Positions 25,039-39,360 of a DNA stretch of 64,000 nucleotides are shown piece after piece; the first letter of the stretch is position 1; each line of letters begins with the position of its first letter. This DNA is from Oikopleura dioica (taxonomy: Eukaryota > Animalia > Chordata), in the NCBI GenBank assembly GCA_907165135.1, contig OU015566.1, positions 14,198,001-14,262,000 on the forward strand, in the 5' to 3' direction. Made by a program: the position numbers and the translations under genes. The notes beneath the pieces are model-generated. The model was not told the DNA's origin, did not search any database, and saw only the letters and a list, made by a program, of their open reading frames with translations.

Positions 25039-26123
25039 TTAGGAGTCGAGAATGAGCTGTGTAACTTCGTGGGCAAGGGCTCCGTTTAGAACTGTCGGAG
25101 TCTTAAATGGACGAAGAGGAAGACCGGCTGGCATTCCGATGCGTTGGCGATTCTGGACGATGATTTCGCGAAGATTACTGTGAATAGGTCCACGTGATTC
25201 TTTCTCTTCTTCAATTTCTGGTTCAGCTGCTAGCGCATCTTCTGAAAAACAAATTCTTTTGGCGCAGAAATGGATGATCTTACCAAGAGATTTTAAAAGT
25301 TCCGGATCTCTGATTAAATACTTTGAGTTTTTATGCACTCTCGCTGCTCTTAAAATTGAAGCTGTCGTGTATTCATCGCGTTCTTTCCTTTCTTTCTTGG
25401 GTGGTTTCTCAGGAATGAGGAGGGACCAGTCGATTTTGCGCATGCTTCTATCTTGCAAGAGCTCCACATCTTGCAGACACAAGTCATCAATTGGTAGGTC
25501 GCGCTGAAAAAAAAGAATAAATGAACGTGAACCGCGGTTGAGCACGTGGGTATTCGTGGTCAAAGCATTACCGAGTCAACATCCATTCCATTTTCATTAT
25601 CTGAAATGATCTCTCCCTCGTCTTCGCTCTCATACTCCCCCTCTTCCATCTAAATCAGTCTTGTTAATCCACAGTTCAATGAAACGTCAAAATATTTACA
25701 TCGTCGTCCTCGATTTTCGGCTTCTTTACGTTGTTATCAGTTTGGGGCGGACTCGTTGCCTTCCGCTTCTCGCTCTCTCCATTTTCTTCACGTCTTGGAA
25801 AATTTTTGTTATTGTTAGTTTTTGATTGAAAAAGTGTTTGATAAATAAATTTGTGTACAAGAAGCTCTCTTCCTTGATTTCAACTCTCTCTTTCTCTAAT
25901 TTCATGAAAAAATTTAAACGATGTGAATAAAATATGCATTCGAGTGTTTTTGGGTCTCTCTCGCGATAAATCTCTCTAACTGAAATATTTCTTCATACAG
26001 TGATCTCTTAATTCTCTCTCTGTTAATCTCTCGGATCTCTAGTTCTTTCCGTATTCTCTCTCCCGGAAACTACCTGGGACTATCGGATACCTCTCCATCC
26101 TCGATTTCACCGTCTTCGACCAT
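25039..26123 (-). CDS. R/E-rich protein with ZC3H13/Flacc-like C-terminal domain
   Basis: Starts MVEDGEIEDGE and has acidic/RE-rich exons. KIDWSLLIPEKPPKKERKERDEYTTASILRAARVHK resembles ZC3H13 KVDWSGLMPKHPKEP...FTPGAVMLRVGISKK as recalled. Confidence 0.45.
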
Positions 26124-26232
26124 GACTTTTATCTCTCTGAAATCACCGAAAGTTAAGAGAGCGCTTCGATATTTGAACATAATGGTAACGTTGCGCAGTG
26201 AAATAGCGAGATTCTTTCTATAAATAGGAGCT

Positions 26233-27449
26233 TCAGAAAAACAGACGCTTGGCGATCTTTGAGTCGATGGGGCCACCTGCTCCGAGCCCTTTTCTTTTGC
26301 CAATGAGTCCCGATTTCAGCGCTTTTTCTTGTTCGACTTTGCACTTTTGTGGAAGTGGCAGTTCCAGGGGAGGTGTTGGTGGGGGATCGTTGGAGAAATA
26401 CGGCAATTCTAGCGGTTTCGGTAACGAAAAAGACATGGTAAAGAATCTTACGAAGGCACTGGGCAGCATCTAATCTCCTGGAAGGGCACAAATGAAACAT
26501 TCCTTGCAGCAGCTCTATGAGATCGTTTCCTGCTGCTGTGAAGATGTCTCTAAGGGGAATGCCTGGGCAGAAACGGAACTCGCAGTAGTCCGGAAGAAGG
26601 TGATGGTTGGGCCAATTTTCTTGAGTAGGGGTGCCAAAGACATCGAAGATCTTAGACAGTTGATCAAGATCGGAAGCCCCTGGAAGAAGAGCGCTTCGAC
26701 GAAGAAGTTCTGCTGCGATGCAACCAACTGACCAGATATCAACCCCTGAACAGTTTTTACACTCGATTTCTAAGGCAGACCAATTACCTGTACTGTACTG
26801 TCGGGCGCCAAACATCAATTCCGGCGATCGATACCACCTGGTAACGACTTGATGCGTTAGTTCTCGACTTGGCGAGCCAAATGCTTTTGCTAGACCAAAA
26901 TCACCGAGTTTGACGACTCCTCGGATATCGATGAGCAAGTTATCTGGTTTCAAATCTCGATGGAGCACGAAATTCTTGTGCAGATATTCGAGGCCTCGAA
27001 GAGTTGCTATCAGAAATGCTTTCGTATGCGCAGGAGTGATCATAATATTCTGGTCTCGAATAAGATCTTCAAAGAGAGTTATAAGAAAGGAGGAAAGGAG
27101 ATTTTCAATCACCAGCAAGGTCTGTCTCCATGAAATCGAGGACCAGGGAAATGTTCGATTTCTGTCCAAATACATCAACGAGCTCAATGATATTCTCGTG
27201 CTTCAGCTCTTGAAGCAGCTTGATTTCTCGCAACGCAGTTCTGTTTATTCCATCCCTTGCCTCTCTTCGATCACCGAGCTAGAAAGAACAGTTAATCATT
27301 CAGGAGTTCTTGCACTGAACCTTGATTTTCTTGATAGCGACGATTCGTCCATGCGGGTCAAGAAGATCCTTTGCTTTATAAACCGTCGCAAAAGTACCTT
27401 CGCCGAGAAAATTTATTCTTTCATAACGCTTGCTCCCAACAAGGGCCAT
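26233..27449 (-). CDS. CDK7: Cyclin-dependent kinase 7 (CAK/TFIIH kinase)
   Basis: [53 protein letters not shown]-loop [25 protein letters not shown], and C-terminal [10 protein letters not shown]...IAKRLFF*. Confidence 0.95.
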
Positions 27450-27509
27450 CTGAAAATAGAAATTTACAAGGACTTGTTTCGAATTCGTTCTCGTGGCAGT
27501 AGAAAATTT

Positions 27510-29402
27510 TCAGTTACTTCGATGAAAGAATTTTTTGCTTTCGCCCGTTTCATAATTCAGCTCATAATAAACATCAACTTGAAACTGAGTGACTTGTTGT
27601 TGGTCGCCGAATTGTTGAGCTTGCTGGTGTAACTCAGAATATAGCGGTATTCGATGGACTGATGGGATGTTTTCTGGACGCTCAAAGTTGCCAGACATGA
27701 ATCGGATGATCAGAAACTTGTCATCTTGGCTTATGTTTTGAGCGGAGCTGAAATAAGAGTATGAGTGGAAAAGAGTAATGAACAAATAGCTCACTTGAAA
27801 ATATCTTGGAGCTCGGCCATTTGTTCTTGGTTTAATTGAAGAGTTTGGGCCGTTGCTTGCGGCGCACTTGGAGTAAACTCTTGCTGCTGTTGATCACCTT
27901 AATTTTATGGTAGAATTCGTTTCAAATTAGCTCGGGTTGTTGCTCACCATAGATAGTTTGACCGTATGGCTGTTGCTGAGTCGTTTCCATCGTAAGTGTC
28001 ATTGTCTCTCCTGCAGCATAACCCGCTTGCTGCGCTTGAGCTTGCTGCATTTGATGTTGCTGATGCTGTTGGCTTTGAGGATGGGGAAGGTCTTCTTGGT
28101 AAATTTGCCCGTCGCCGTAAATACCTCCCTGTGGCATGAATCCCTGGGTAGCTGCAGGAACAAGCTGCTGCATCGTTTGAGGGCTGGTGAAAGGCTGCTG
28201 AGGTGGAGTGGATATCTGCCCTGGTGTTCGCCGCTGTGCATAAGGTGAGACAGACGATGACTCGGAGTTGGTAGAATTGAGCCGGCCAGAATCCCGACGG
28301 CGCTTTTTCAATCGATTTTCTTCCGAAACCTGGAAGATTGGGCCGACACCAGGAGTTCCTCCCGGAGTAGAGTGAGTCGGAGAAAACGGGCCGCTGGAAA
28401 TGGAGCTTTGGGAATCTCGACGTTCGAGAAACACGGCATTCTTCGCCTCTGAATCGGAATCGGTCGATGCTCCTTCGCCGTCCGCAGATGATTTTTCTTT
28501 CTTGGCCTTCTTCGTTTTTTTCTGCTTGATGGTAGGAGGCGCTTCGCCAATGTCGAGCATTTTCGTCCCTCCAGAACGCGAAGTTTTCTGATTCGTGCTT
28601 CTCATCGAGTTCTGTCGCTTTCCGCTGCTAATTGACACGAACTGATGCGCGCCATCTTCTTTGTCCATGTATTTGCTCGAACTAGAAGTGATGCGCGATC
28701 TAGAGCTTTGTTTCTGAATCTGTGATGCGTAGTCCTGGCTTCGTTGGAGCAATTCTTGTCGGAGAGCGGCGGATTTCGGTTTTCGCTTGAGCGTAAAATG
28801 CTTTTCGACTTTTCTTTCAGGCGCGTCGGAAATCAACTTGAGAAGTTCTTTTGAAACAATTCTGCATTCTAGTGGGAGCATGCGCGAGTCAGGAGATTCA
28901 TTCGCCGCTTCTACCAGGTCATTGATGATCGAGCTGATATAAAGCTGATAAGAACAAGGGCTAAAACGAATGTCTACCTGAGCCTACTGTCAACGGAACT
29001 GATGTACTTGTGAAACTGGAATTTGCGCGGGTAGAATTTTAGGATTTCTGCGATGATGCGGACCCAATGATCTGCGTTTTTCAAAGCCATGTTAATGATT
29101 TTCTCGAAATGCGTATCCATCTCGTCCATTTTCGATCGATCTTTCAATATATGATGATGCTTATTTTCTACTATCAAACCTCAGTACCTAAGTGAAGCAT
29201 CGACAGAAGAATTTGTATTTGTATTCCTGCATTCAAAGTTTCAAAGGAAGCCACAACTGATTCAATATTCTCAACTCTACGGAACCAATAAAATCGGAAA
29301 AGAAACACTGACGAACCGTAAAATTTTATTAATCTGCGGAGGAACCCAGTTCTCCTCACCAAGCTTATTCTCCAGCCACATTGTTCCGCCAGTATTATCC
29401 AT
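27510..29402 (-). CDS. NELFA: Negative elongation factor A
   Basis: N-terminal MWLENKLGEENWVPPQI and DHWVRIIAEILKFYP. C-terminal IIRFMSGNFERP...FQVDVYYELNYETG (cf. ILGFMAGSRENP...MLVDTVFEMNYATG). Q/S/P-rich linker. Confidence 0.85.
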
Positions 29403-29716
29403 CAGTCTAATCAATCAATCTTTTCAGAAACAGTCATCTCTGGTACATACTGGCAGCTAGGCCCACACTCATACTTTGTGCTTGAGTCTCGATGTAATTT
29501 ATTCTAGCGAAAGACAGTGATACAAGTAAGTCGTGAGAGTACTAACAGTAAAATAAGAAAAAGACTCGACAATCAACTGAATATCCGTTTTTCTCAATTT
29601 TTTTCTGACGTTTTAAAAATTTTATTTATTTTTGAGATTTGTTGATTTTTTTGTTAAAATTTTCAACAATTGAAAGGATGGTGGCGGTGTTGGCGATTAT
29701 GTTCAACTAGCGTGGA

Positions 29717-31148
29717 TTAGCGACGATCTCGCTCGCGATCGTCGTATTCTGAGCGGCGTCTTTCCCGGCTTCTGCTTCGTGCCCGCTTTCGTTCTCGCTC
29801 CCTATCACTGAAACAAAGCTGAAATGCAGCAATTCTAGCGCTCATTACCGGCTTGAGCTTCTGTCCCTTCTATCTCTTTCGCGAGATCGATCTCTTCTCC
29901 TACTCTTTGACCCTCTATCGTGACTGTCGCGTCTTGGAGCGCCGAAGGATTTTTCCTCGATTCCGTGAAGACAATCATTCAGCGATGAGAGCATAACTTT
30001 CGTTCTTTCATGTTTTCCAACCTAAACCCGCGTTAAAAATCAACTCTTTCTTTCACAGTACCTTTGAGTTCTTGACTTTCGCGATGGCATTGAGTAGAAC
30101 TGAAATGGATTCACCATAGTCCGACTTTGTCGCCAATTCTACTGCCTCCTTGATCGCATTCCTATTGAAAGAACTAAGCTGATAGAGTAACTAGAAAGAG
30201 ACATACGTTGTTATTTTCTGGTTTTCGTTAATGACATCTTCTTCTGACTTTTCATCCGGCTTTGAGAATCCGCCAGATACACCCCAAGCAGCGGGTGGGC
30301 CTGGTGGAACTCCGGGCATGGCGCCCATTGGCGGCATCATCATCTTTTATCGGGATTTAAAACACTCACTATCGATATATTCGAATATTGCCCCAAGATC
30401 GGATTTTTCGAGTTTTAAATCCGTAACGGTGGCATTCCTGGAGGTCGGGCGCCGACGGGAGGGAATCCGGGTGGGGGGACTCCAGGAGGGAAAGAAGATG
30501 GAAATCCAGGAGGGGGCATTCCTGGCATGGAAACTGGAGGCATTCCGGGAGGCGTCATTGGTGGCATTCCCGGTGGAGGCATTGGTGGCATCACTAAAGA
30601 GAATATGTTGAAATCATCGAAGACTACCATGAAAGGATCAAAAGGATTACGACATTTACGTTTACCGTTTGCCATCGGGAATGGCATAGGCGGGGAACAA
30701 CTCCGTTGGTCGGTTTCTTTCCGTTTTCTTTGACCTTTTCTTGATTTCTATCGCAGAGTTTGTCGTTGAAAGCTTCGTTGAATTCCTTTAGGGTGACGGC
30801 ATTGGCAGGCGTTACAACTGGCCTGACTCCGTTGAGGTCGCCGCGGGGGAGCTTCTCCATCACCTGTTTCGCGCTCGCTTCGCTTTTAACGTCAACGCGA
30901 GCAAAGCCCTTGCTCTGACCGTTTATGCTGCTCTCGTGGATGTACACGTCCAAGATGTCGTACACTCCCAGTCGCCTAATCGCCATTTCCAAGTCAAAAT
31001 CACTCGTCCACCAAGTCAAGTTTCCAACATAAATTGACACGCTGGAAGTCTTTATCTGCGCGTCCTTAAACGTCGAACTCAATGGCTCGAAGGCTTCGTA
31101 CTTGGGGATTTTATCCACATCTTTGTACAGATCGACTTCGTCAGCCAT
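29717..31148 (-). CDS. CPSF6: Cleavage and polyadenylation factor CFIm68/59
   Basis: RRM IYVGNLTWWTSDFDL...NGQSKGFA...LNGVRPVVTP, proline-rich middle, SDYGESISVLLNAI helix, and RS/RD-rich C-terminus. Confidence 0.88.
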
Positions 31149-31807
31149 TACTGTAATAGAAGATTGATGAGAATTGAGTCTTATTTTGTTTGAATTGGAT
31201 CATGTTTTGATTTGTGAATGAAATTGCAGAATGGCTAATGGTAGAAGTATCAGAGTTGTTAGAAAAAATACATAAATAAGTTTTTTCTTGGAGTTATTGC
31301 ATCTTGGGGTAAACATGTTAAATTTGCAGTTAAAATAATAAGCTACTACATATATGAAAATAAGAAGATAATAGAGAGAGAGAAAAGAGGGCCAGGAAAA
31401 AAGGATCATTTAGGTATCAATAACTGAATATTTGAACGAGGCATGTAAGTCAAAAAGAAGGAGTCACAGCAGATAAAAGGGTTTTAAAAAAGAACAATTA
31501 GAACTAGAAAGCCATAAATAATCAGGCGTCACCAGAATATGATTGTTTGGGAGAGTAAAGAATAGATCAATATTGAAACTTTCAGGTGAAAGTGTACCAT
31601 TCGGAGCTTGTAGGCAAAATATGTAAAGAAGTCTTTTGTCAAAAAGGGTAAGATACTGAATTCGTAGAAGTGTATGAAAAAATAGTAAAGAATTTAGCAA
31701 AAACAGCGCGGAAAATATTTTAAAACACTTGAAAGAAATAATATGAGAAATTGCGTAAAGAGAACATTTTGAAATTAGAAATTAAAATACAGTAAGGGAC
31801 AAGAATT

Positions 31808-34020
31808 TTAAATGGACGCTTCTTTGAACTGCAGACTGAGGTCGTCTTTTTCAGCGGTTTCTTCTGTACTTATCAGTTGCGCCTCTTGCGCTAGAATTGG
31901 GTTTAGAACGCGATTAATGCCGGGTTCTTACCTGGGGGCTGTTCTTGGTTTTCTTTCTCATCGTGGCTTATCACTCCAACAATGTGCACTCCATTAGTCG
32001 GCTCGGGCTTCAATTTTTTTTTAAGTTTATAAAAAGGAGTGAAGCTTACAGTAGCAGGCTTTGAATTCTGAGTCGAGATCAAATCAGCAACGGGTGCAGA
32101 GTTCATTGTTCCGACGATATTTACTCCATGAATTGGGGGAGTCGCAACTCGCTGCTCCTGGGGTACGATCGGCTCTCCTAACATGTCAAACATCTGCGGT
32201 GGAGCATCATCGACTGGTGTTCGGCCACAAGGGGGCGTTCCAGATCCTAAATGGAGAGATAATGAGAAGTTTAAACGGTGATTTTTAGCAGGGATGAGGA
32301 TCAAACAACACCATGAAAAGAGAATCAAGCGCACCATCGTTTTTTTTTCAAGCGACTTACTGTCAAGTTGTCCAGCGAGACGGAGGCCAGTCTTTGGCCG
32401 CGGCATTTTAGGCCTGTTAGTATCTAATAAGACATGCAATAATGACATACAGTTACATCAAACAATGAAAAAGTGAAACGAAACAAATGAGTTGATGGAC
32501 TGATATTTTACCATTTACGTAGTTTTCCGTTTCCAAGAAGCTTGGAATTTCCTCTTGCCGCTCTTGCTGGTATCGCTCAAGTACCTTCACTGTTTCTGCC
32601 ACTTTTTCGTAGGAACCGTTGAAATACGCGACTAAAAAGGATCAATACAGGGTCTCGCAGAAACTCTACCTGTAGCCGAGTGGAGCAAGAGACACTGTTG
32701 TCTCATGACTTTGATTCTATTCTCATCCAATAACTCCAGCTTCACACCAACATCGCTCCTTTTCTGCTCATATGCCGCCCTCGCCTGGTCCATTTTAAAC
32801 TGCGTCTCTCGAACTTTACCGCTCATCGCGTTCCTCTGCGTCATCTGGAGTTCTTCAAGCTGGTTTCTGTACGCGTCGTACTCGATCCGACACTTTTCAT
32901 AATTGGTGATTGTGTCCAACGAGTCCTGAAGGAGTTCTAGAGCTGAAAAATGCTTGAAAGAACCTGGATTGTCTGAGTAACAAGAGTCTTCAACGAATCT
33001 GCGAAGGAAGAAAGGACTTTGATAAGGGTATCGCCCTGGTCTGTGATGTGATGATAAACAGACCCATTTACGCTCAATTCTCCCATCAGCTCCGGCTGCT
33101 GCCTAGTCAAATCGTTGAACACCTCCGACATTGCCTTGTGCGTTCCTTTAATCGCTGTCAACTGCGCTGCCAAGCTACTTGTCAGTTCCAGCAACCTGGT
33201 GTAACGAGCCTTGGTGTTTTTAATCTTTTGGATCTTCTCATCTAACTGGAAGTCGACAGTGCGCGTGCCTTTGCCGGTACGCTCGTTGTACATTTGCTTC
33301 GTGCAGCGGTACGTTTTGAGACCCCAGTCTTTCAAGTCGATTGACTTTTGGATCGCTTTTTCGGCGTATTCTGTGCTCACTTTTCCAGCAACAGCGTTTG
33401 TTATCTGACCCACCAGGCCTTGTGTGAGCGGTGATCGGCCATAACCACCACCTAAAATGCGAATGAGGGGTAGTGGTCACATGATTCTTACCTGAAACGG
33501 ATTGGCTGCCGTACTGATTTGGAACAGCTGAATATCCTTGGCCATAACCTGGGCTTCCGTAACCAGGTCTAGGAGCTTGGTGATGTTGCTGCTGTTGCTG
33601 AGCGTACGGACTTTGGTGAGGGGAGTTGTAGGTCGATGTTGAACCGTTTCCGTATCCGTACGGAGAGTTGACAGAAGACTGCGTTGGAGGGTTGTAAGAG
33701 TGGGACGGTGTACTGGCATACGAAGCAGGACTGGCTCGATTAGGTGTTATTTGGCTGAAGAAACGATTATGGGAGGAAGGGAGGGAACGAGAAATCAACC
33801 TTGGAGGGATGATACCAGTGTTGTTTGGTGTATTGTACCCAGCTCCGTTGTGAACGACTTGAGGAACGCTTTGATGATGGGGAGAGCTAAAGGGAGCCTG
33901 CTGCGTTTGTTGTCCATGGTAGGGGCTTGAGGTGTGCTGATTCTGAAAACCACTGTTCTGAGGGTAGCCAGCGCCGAAGTTTGGTGACGCTCCCGCCAAT
34001 CTGGATCCGATTGACGACAT
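31808..34020 (-). CDS. ARFIP2: Arfaptin (AH/BAR domain) with extended low-complexity N- and C-termini
   Basis: DWGLKTYRCTKQMYNERTGKGTRTVD, YEKCRIEYDAYRNQLEEL, VKLELLDENRIKVMRQQCLLLH, and IPSFLE. ARFIP1 versus ARFIP2 cannot be distinguished. Confidence 0.85.
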
Positions 34021-34403
34021 GATGTCTACAGTCTAAGAGGAAGGTGGAAGGTTAATTGCTGCGTGAAATATTTATTAATAGATCGAAAACGGACACCTAA
34101 GAAGTGATTAAAGGTGGACAGGTGGACTTTTGAAGTATGTAATAATACAAAGTAGTGAACTATCAAGATGCGACTATTTTCTGCCATCAACACTTGTTTT
34201 TCTTGTTTCTTTGGTCGAAAATGACGATGAAATAAAACAACGCACATGTGACATGTATGTTTCTTTTTGAACTTCTCTTTCTGTTGAATCTTTAATTCTG
34301 GAATATTCTTTTTTAAAGACAGGAACAATATATGGCCATTCTTGAAATTGAATTATGCTGAAGAATGACGAAGCGGGGGAAAGTGAGGACGAAACTGGCG
34401 GAA

Positions 34404-36176
<1,773 letters not shown>

Positions 36177-36545
36177 CAACAAGAGAAAAAATCTTCAACA
36201 ACGAAAAAGCAAAAAATCAGAAAAACACAAAGTTCCTTTTCCAATTTCAATTCTTTCTGAAGAAAAAAGTGTCACTTTTTTATTGTTCTTTTTTTGGGAA
36301 GATGGATCATTTAGTAGCAGTTGAGTAGAAAAAAATAGGAAAAAAGAGTAGAAGAAGCAAGGTACAATAATGATACAAGGCCGATTTTTATCAATGTTTG
36401 TTTTTAATTAAAATTTAGATTTTCTTTGTAACTTGAACATATAGAACGTAAATTAGAATATGTTACTCATAAGAAGGTAAGCCAGGACTAAAATAGATTA
36501 TGAAGCAGTGTCAGTGGTAAACTTTTAAGGAGCTACAATCAATTA

Positions 36546-38868
36546 TCAGGATAAGGAGCTTCCAGGCGGCTCACTCGAAGGATTCTTCAGGATCGTCTTC
36601 AACGCCGCGTCGAGGATTCCTAGCGGTTTGTTGAGCCTCAATTCGACCCAGCAGGGACAGGCTGTCACCGTCTTATCGGTCATTTTAGAGCAAGTTTCTT
36701 ATCGTTGATTACCTGGCGGCGGTACTGAGCGCCCCAGCCCTTGACAAAGGAAATTCTGATTTTGCAAACATAAGTGTAGAAAAACGTCTCTTCGTAGCCC
36801 GAGTTGATTTTTGAACAAAGCGTTTCCTCGTATTTTGTGTTTGAAAAGATCTCAATGCAGCCTTGGGGAGGGATCTTGACGACGGTGGCTGGATGCCAGC
36901 TGTGCTGAAGGTTGCAGATCGGGCTCTGAATAACGATTAAAAGGCTGGTCTTTTTTTGGTTCGGTTGTACCTGGACAAAAATGGACGATTCGGACATGTT
37001 GTACAAAAACACGCTGTCGTTATTATCGGTATACACGGTGCATCCTCTTCCAATATATCTCCTCGCAGAATCGGACTCTGCCTTTCTGTTAATATTCGTC
37101 AACAATCCAAGACTAAATCTGTTTCCATTGGCGCTTCCGTCACTCGGCTGTGTGAATCCGTCGATAAAGACCGAGTGCATATCTTTTGGCGCGTGCCAAA
37201 CTTCTCCGACCCGCTCGTTGAATTCGTAGTAACTGATGGAGCACCAGAATTCTTGATCGTTCGCCTTCGATTTTAGGATTTTCAACAAATTTTCTTGCTG
37301 CGCCGTGTGATCAGCGCTAGAAATCACTCGAGTCTCTGGCTCGCTCGTCACGGCGGCCACAGACGCGTCCATGCTGCTGCTCTGCGGGCTACTCACGTCG
37401 TTGTAGTTGATCGCCGAGGGCGTGTTCGCCACGAACATAAGGGTTTCTTACTTTTTTTATTCTCTTGTTAGATTTGACAAAAAGGAAGCAGAGCTGGCCG
37501 GGATTCAGCATTCTGCTGAGGCGTTAAGAACGCGATCTTCAAGGTCTGCCAGACTCGGAAAAACAAATATCAAATATGACCTCATCGGAGATGTCTTTGG
37601 TCTTCAGAATACGCTTACGACGTTGAAATCAAGGAGGAAAATACGGAGTTTAAACAAAAAAAGTATCTCCGCGCCTTTTTTATGGAACGGTATTTGTTAG
37701 GCTCTTAAGTTAACGAGAGACTGAAGAAACCCTTGACGAAAGAACTGTGTGGAGAGGTCGGAGAGAGGACTGGCCCGGGATTGCTAGACGCGGAGTTGAG
37801 CTGGTTTCGGAATGCATATTCGCTAGGAGCGTTGGACATTGTCTCGTCGATTTGGAGCTCGGAATCCGTCGGCTCTAGAAGAAAATGGATGAACGATGGT
37901 CGACGAGTGATGCTTACCGAGCATGAGGTTGAGCTGGAAAAGGTCCACGTCAGCAGATTCGTTACGGTTGAGGATCATGTCGCTCAAATTCGTCGTGTTC
38001 TGATTTCGCGGGTTGAATGTAGAAGTTTGGAAAGCTTGAAGGTGATAAAGGTTTTTTGATAAGTGGGATAAATGATGAAGGATTCGATAATAAAGAATGA
38101 TTGGTACCTCGACAAAAATGTGAAGGATTGATACAGACTTTGTTGCCCTGGCGGGTCGAGTAAGGGCACTCGCTGGACTTGAGGATTTCGTGGGGGCTTT
38201 GGGTTTGCGACGCCTCGGGTGAGTATAGTTTTGCGAAGACGTATTCGACCCCGGCATGAAGAAATTTCGTAAGAATGCTGAAAAGCGAATGGGTTTCAAA
38301 TATGGTCGATTTTCGGAGTACATCAAGGAGGTTTGTTTATCCTTGTGAGGAAAAGTTTTCAGCGAAAATCTCAGATCAACAAACTGATCTTTTAAAGGTC
38401 ACGTGACCTCAATTGAGTCCAAACATGTCCCTTTGGAAATAGACATTTCATGGCATTTCTTACCTCTCCGGCTGTCCTCCCGAAATGGATAGCCTGTCGA
38501 TAACGCAGCATTGCTGCTGATTGCCGTTGCATAACATCGCCCAGAAGGAGTTCAATCCGACCTGCTCATGAATTTTTATCAAAAATTCACGACTGAATTG
38601 ATTGTCGATATTGCTGTAGCTCAGCGGGTTCAGTCTATTGTGAATCAGCTGCTCGATTATGTCGAATTGATGCGCCTGTTGGAGCCCAGAGTAGCTCTGA
38701 AACTAAAAATGTAAAGAAAAATAGTTGAAAAACTGGGAAAACTGAAATCAACAAGGAGTCCTTACCTGTGGGCTCCAGCCCGACTGGACTGCCATCGGCG
38801 AATACAGTCTGACAGAGTTCGAAATTCTTAAACAAGGATTGAATAGGAGATGCTTTTAGAGGTGGCAT
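36546..38868 (-). CDS. SMAD2/3: Divergent R-Smad, Smad2/3 type (paralog A)
   Basis: MH1 Zn ligands CCVIDR, SECPY, VCINPSHF. MH2: [43 protein letters not shown] (Smad2/3-type L3 loop). C-terminus GSSLS*. Confidence 0.9.
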
Positions 38869-39360
38869 TCAGTAGCTCCAGGTCTACATGTACAGATAAT
38901 ATCATAAAAAGAAAGAAAGGGTGAACAAAATAGAAAGAAATAATCCTAGTCTTTACTGTCGTTACTGTTTCCTGGCTGTAATTACTGTCAGATTATTTGA
39001 GGCTGGCTTTTCCAAAAATACCGGTGAAAGCAGGCCTTTACCCTGGATAAAAAGATTGTCGCCACCCCCTGGCGACAATCTTTTGCCACTAGCCAATCAC
39101 AAGTTTCGAGACTTGTAGTGGCGGCGTAACCCCGGATTTGAGTCTGCTTTCATCGGTAGTAAAAATAGAGAAACAAACAAAATTAGCAGCTGTAGAATGA
39201 AATCTAAGACTCTTGAACTCTTGTCTGCTAGACAATTTTAAGAGGAATTTACGGGTCATAAAATTGACAGGAATCAGTTGGCAGAGAAATATTGAGATAA
39301 TATCAGATGAACAAAAATGTGACTAGTAAAAAGTGACTCAAAAAAGTGAAGGAAAAAAGT

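Noticed and set aside
25255-25300. CAKRICF matching ZC3H13 CCKALCF
   Set aside because: It falls inside a likely 42-nt GTAAGA...TTTTCAG intron, so it was not used as evidence.
30415-30687. Separate snRNP-B-like proline-rich gene
   Set aside because: It is the proline-rich middle exon of CPSF6.
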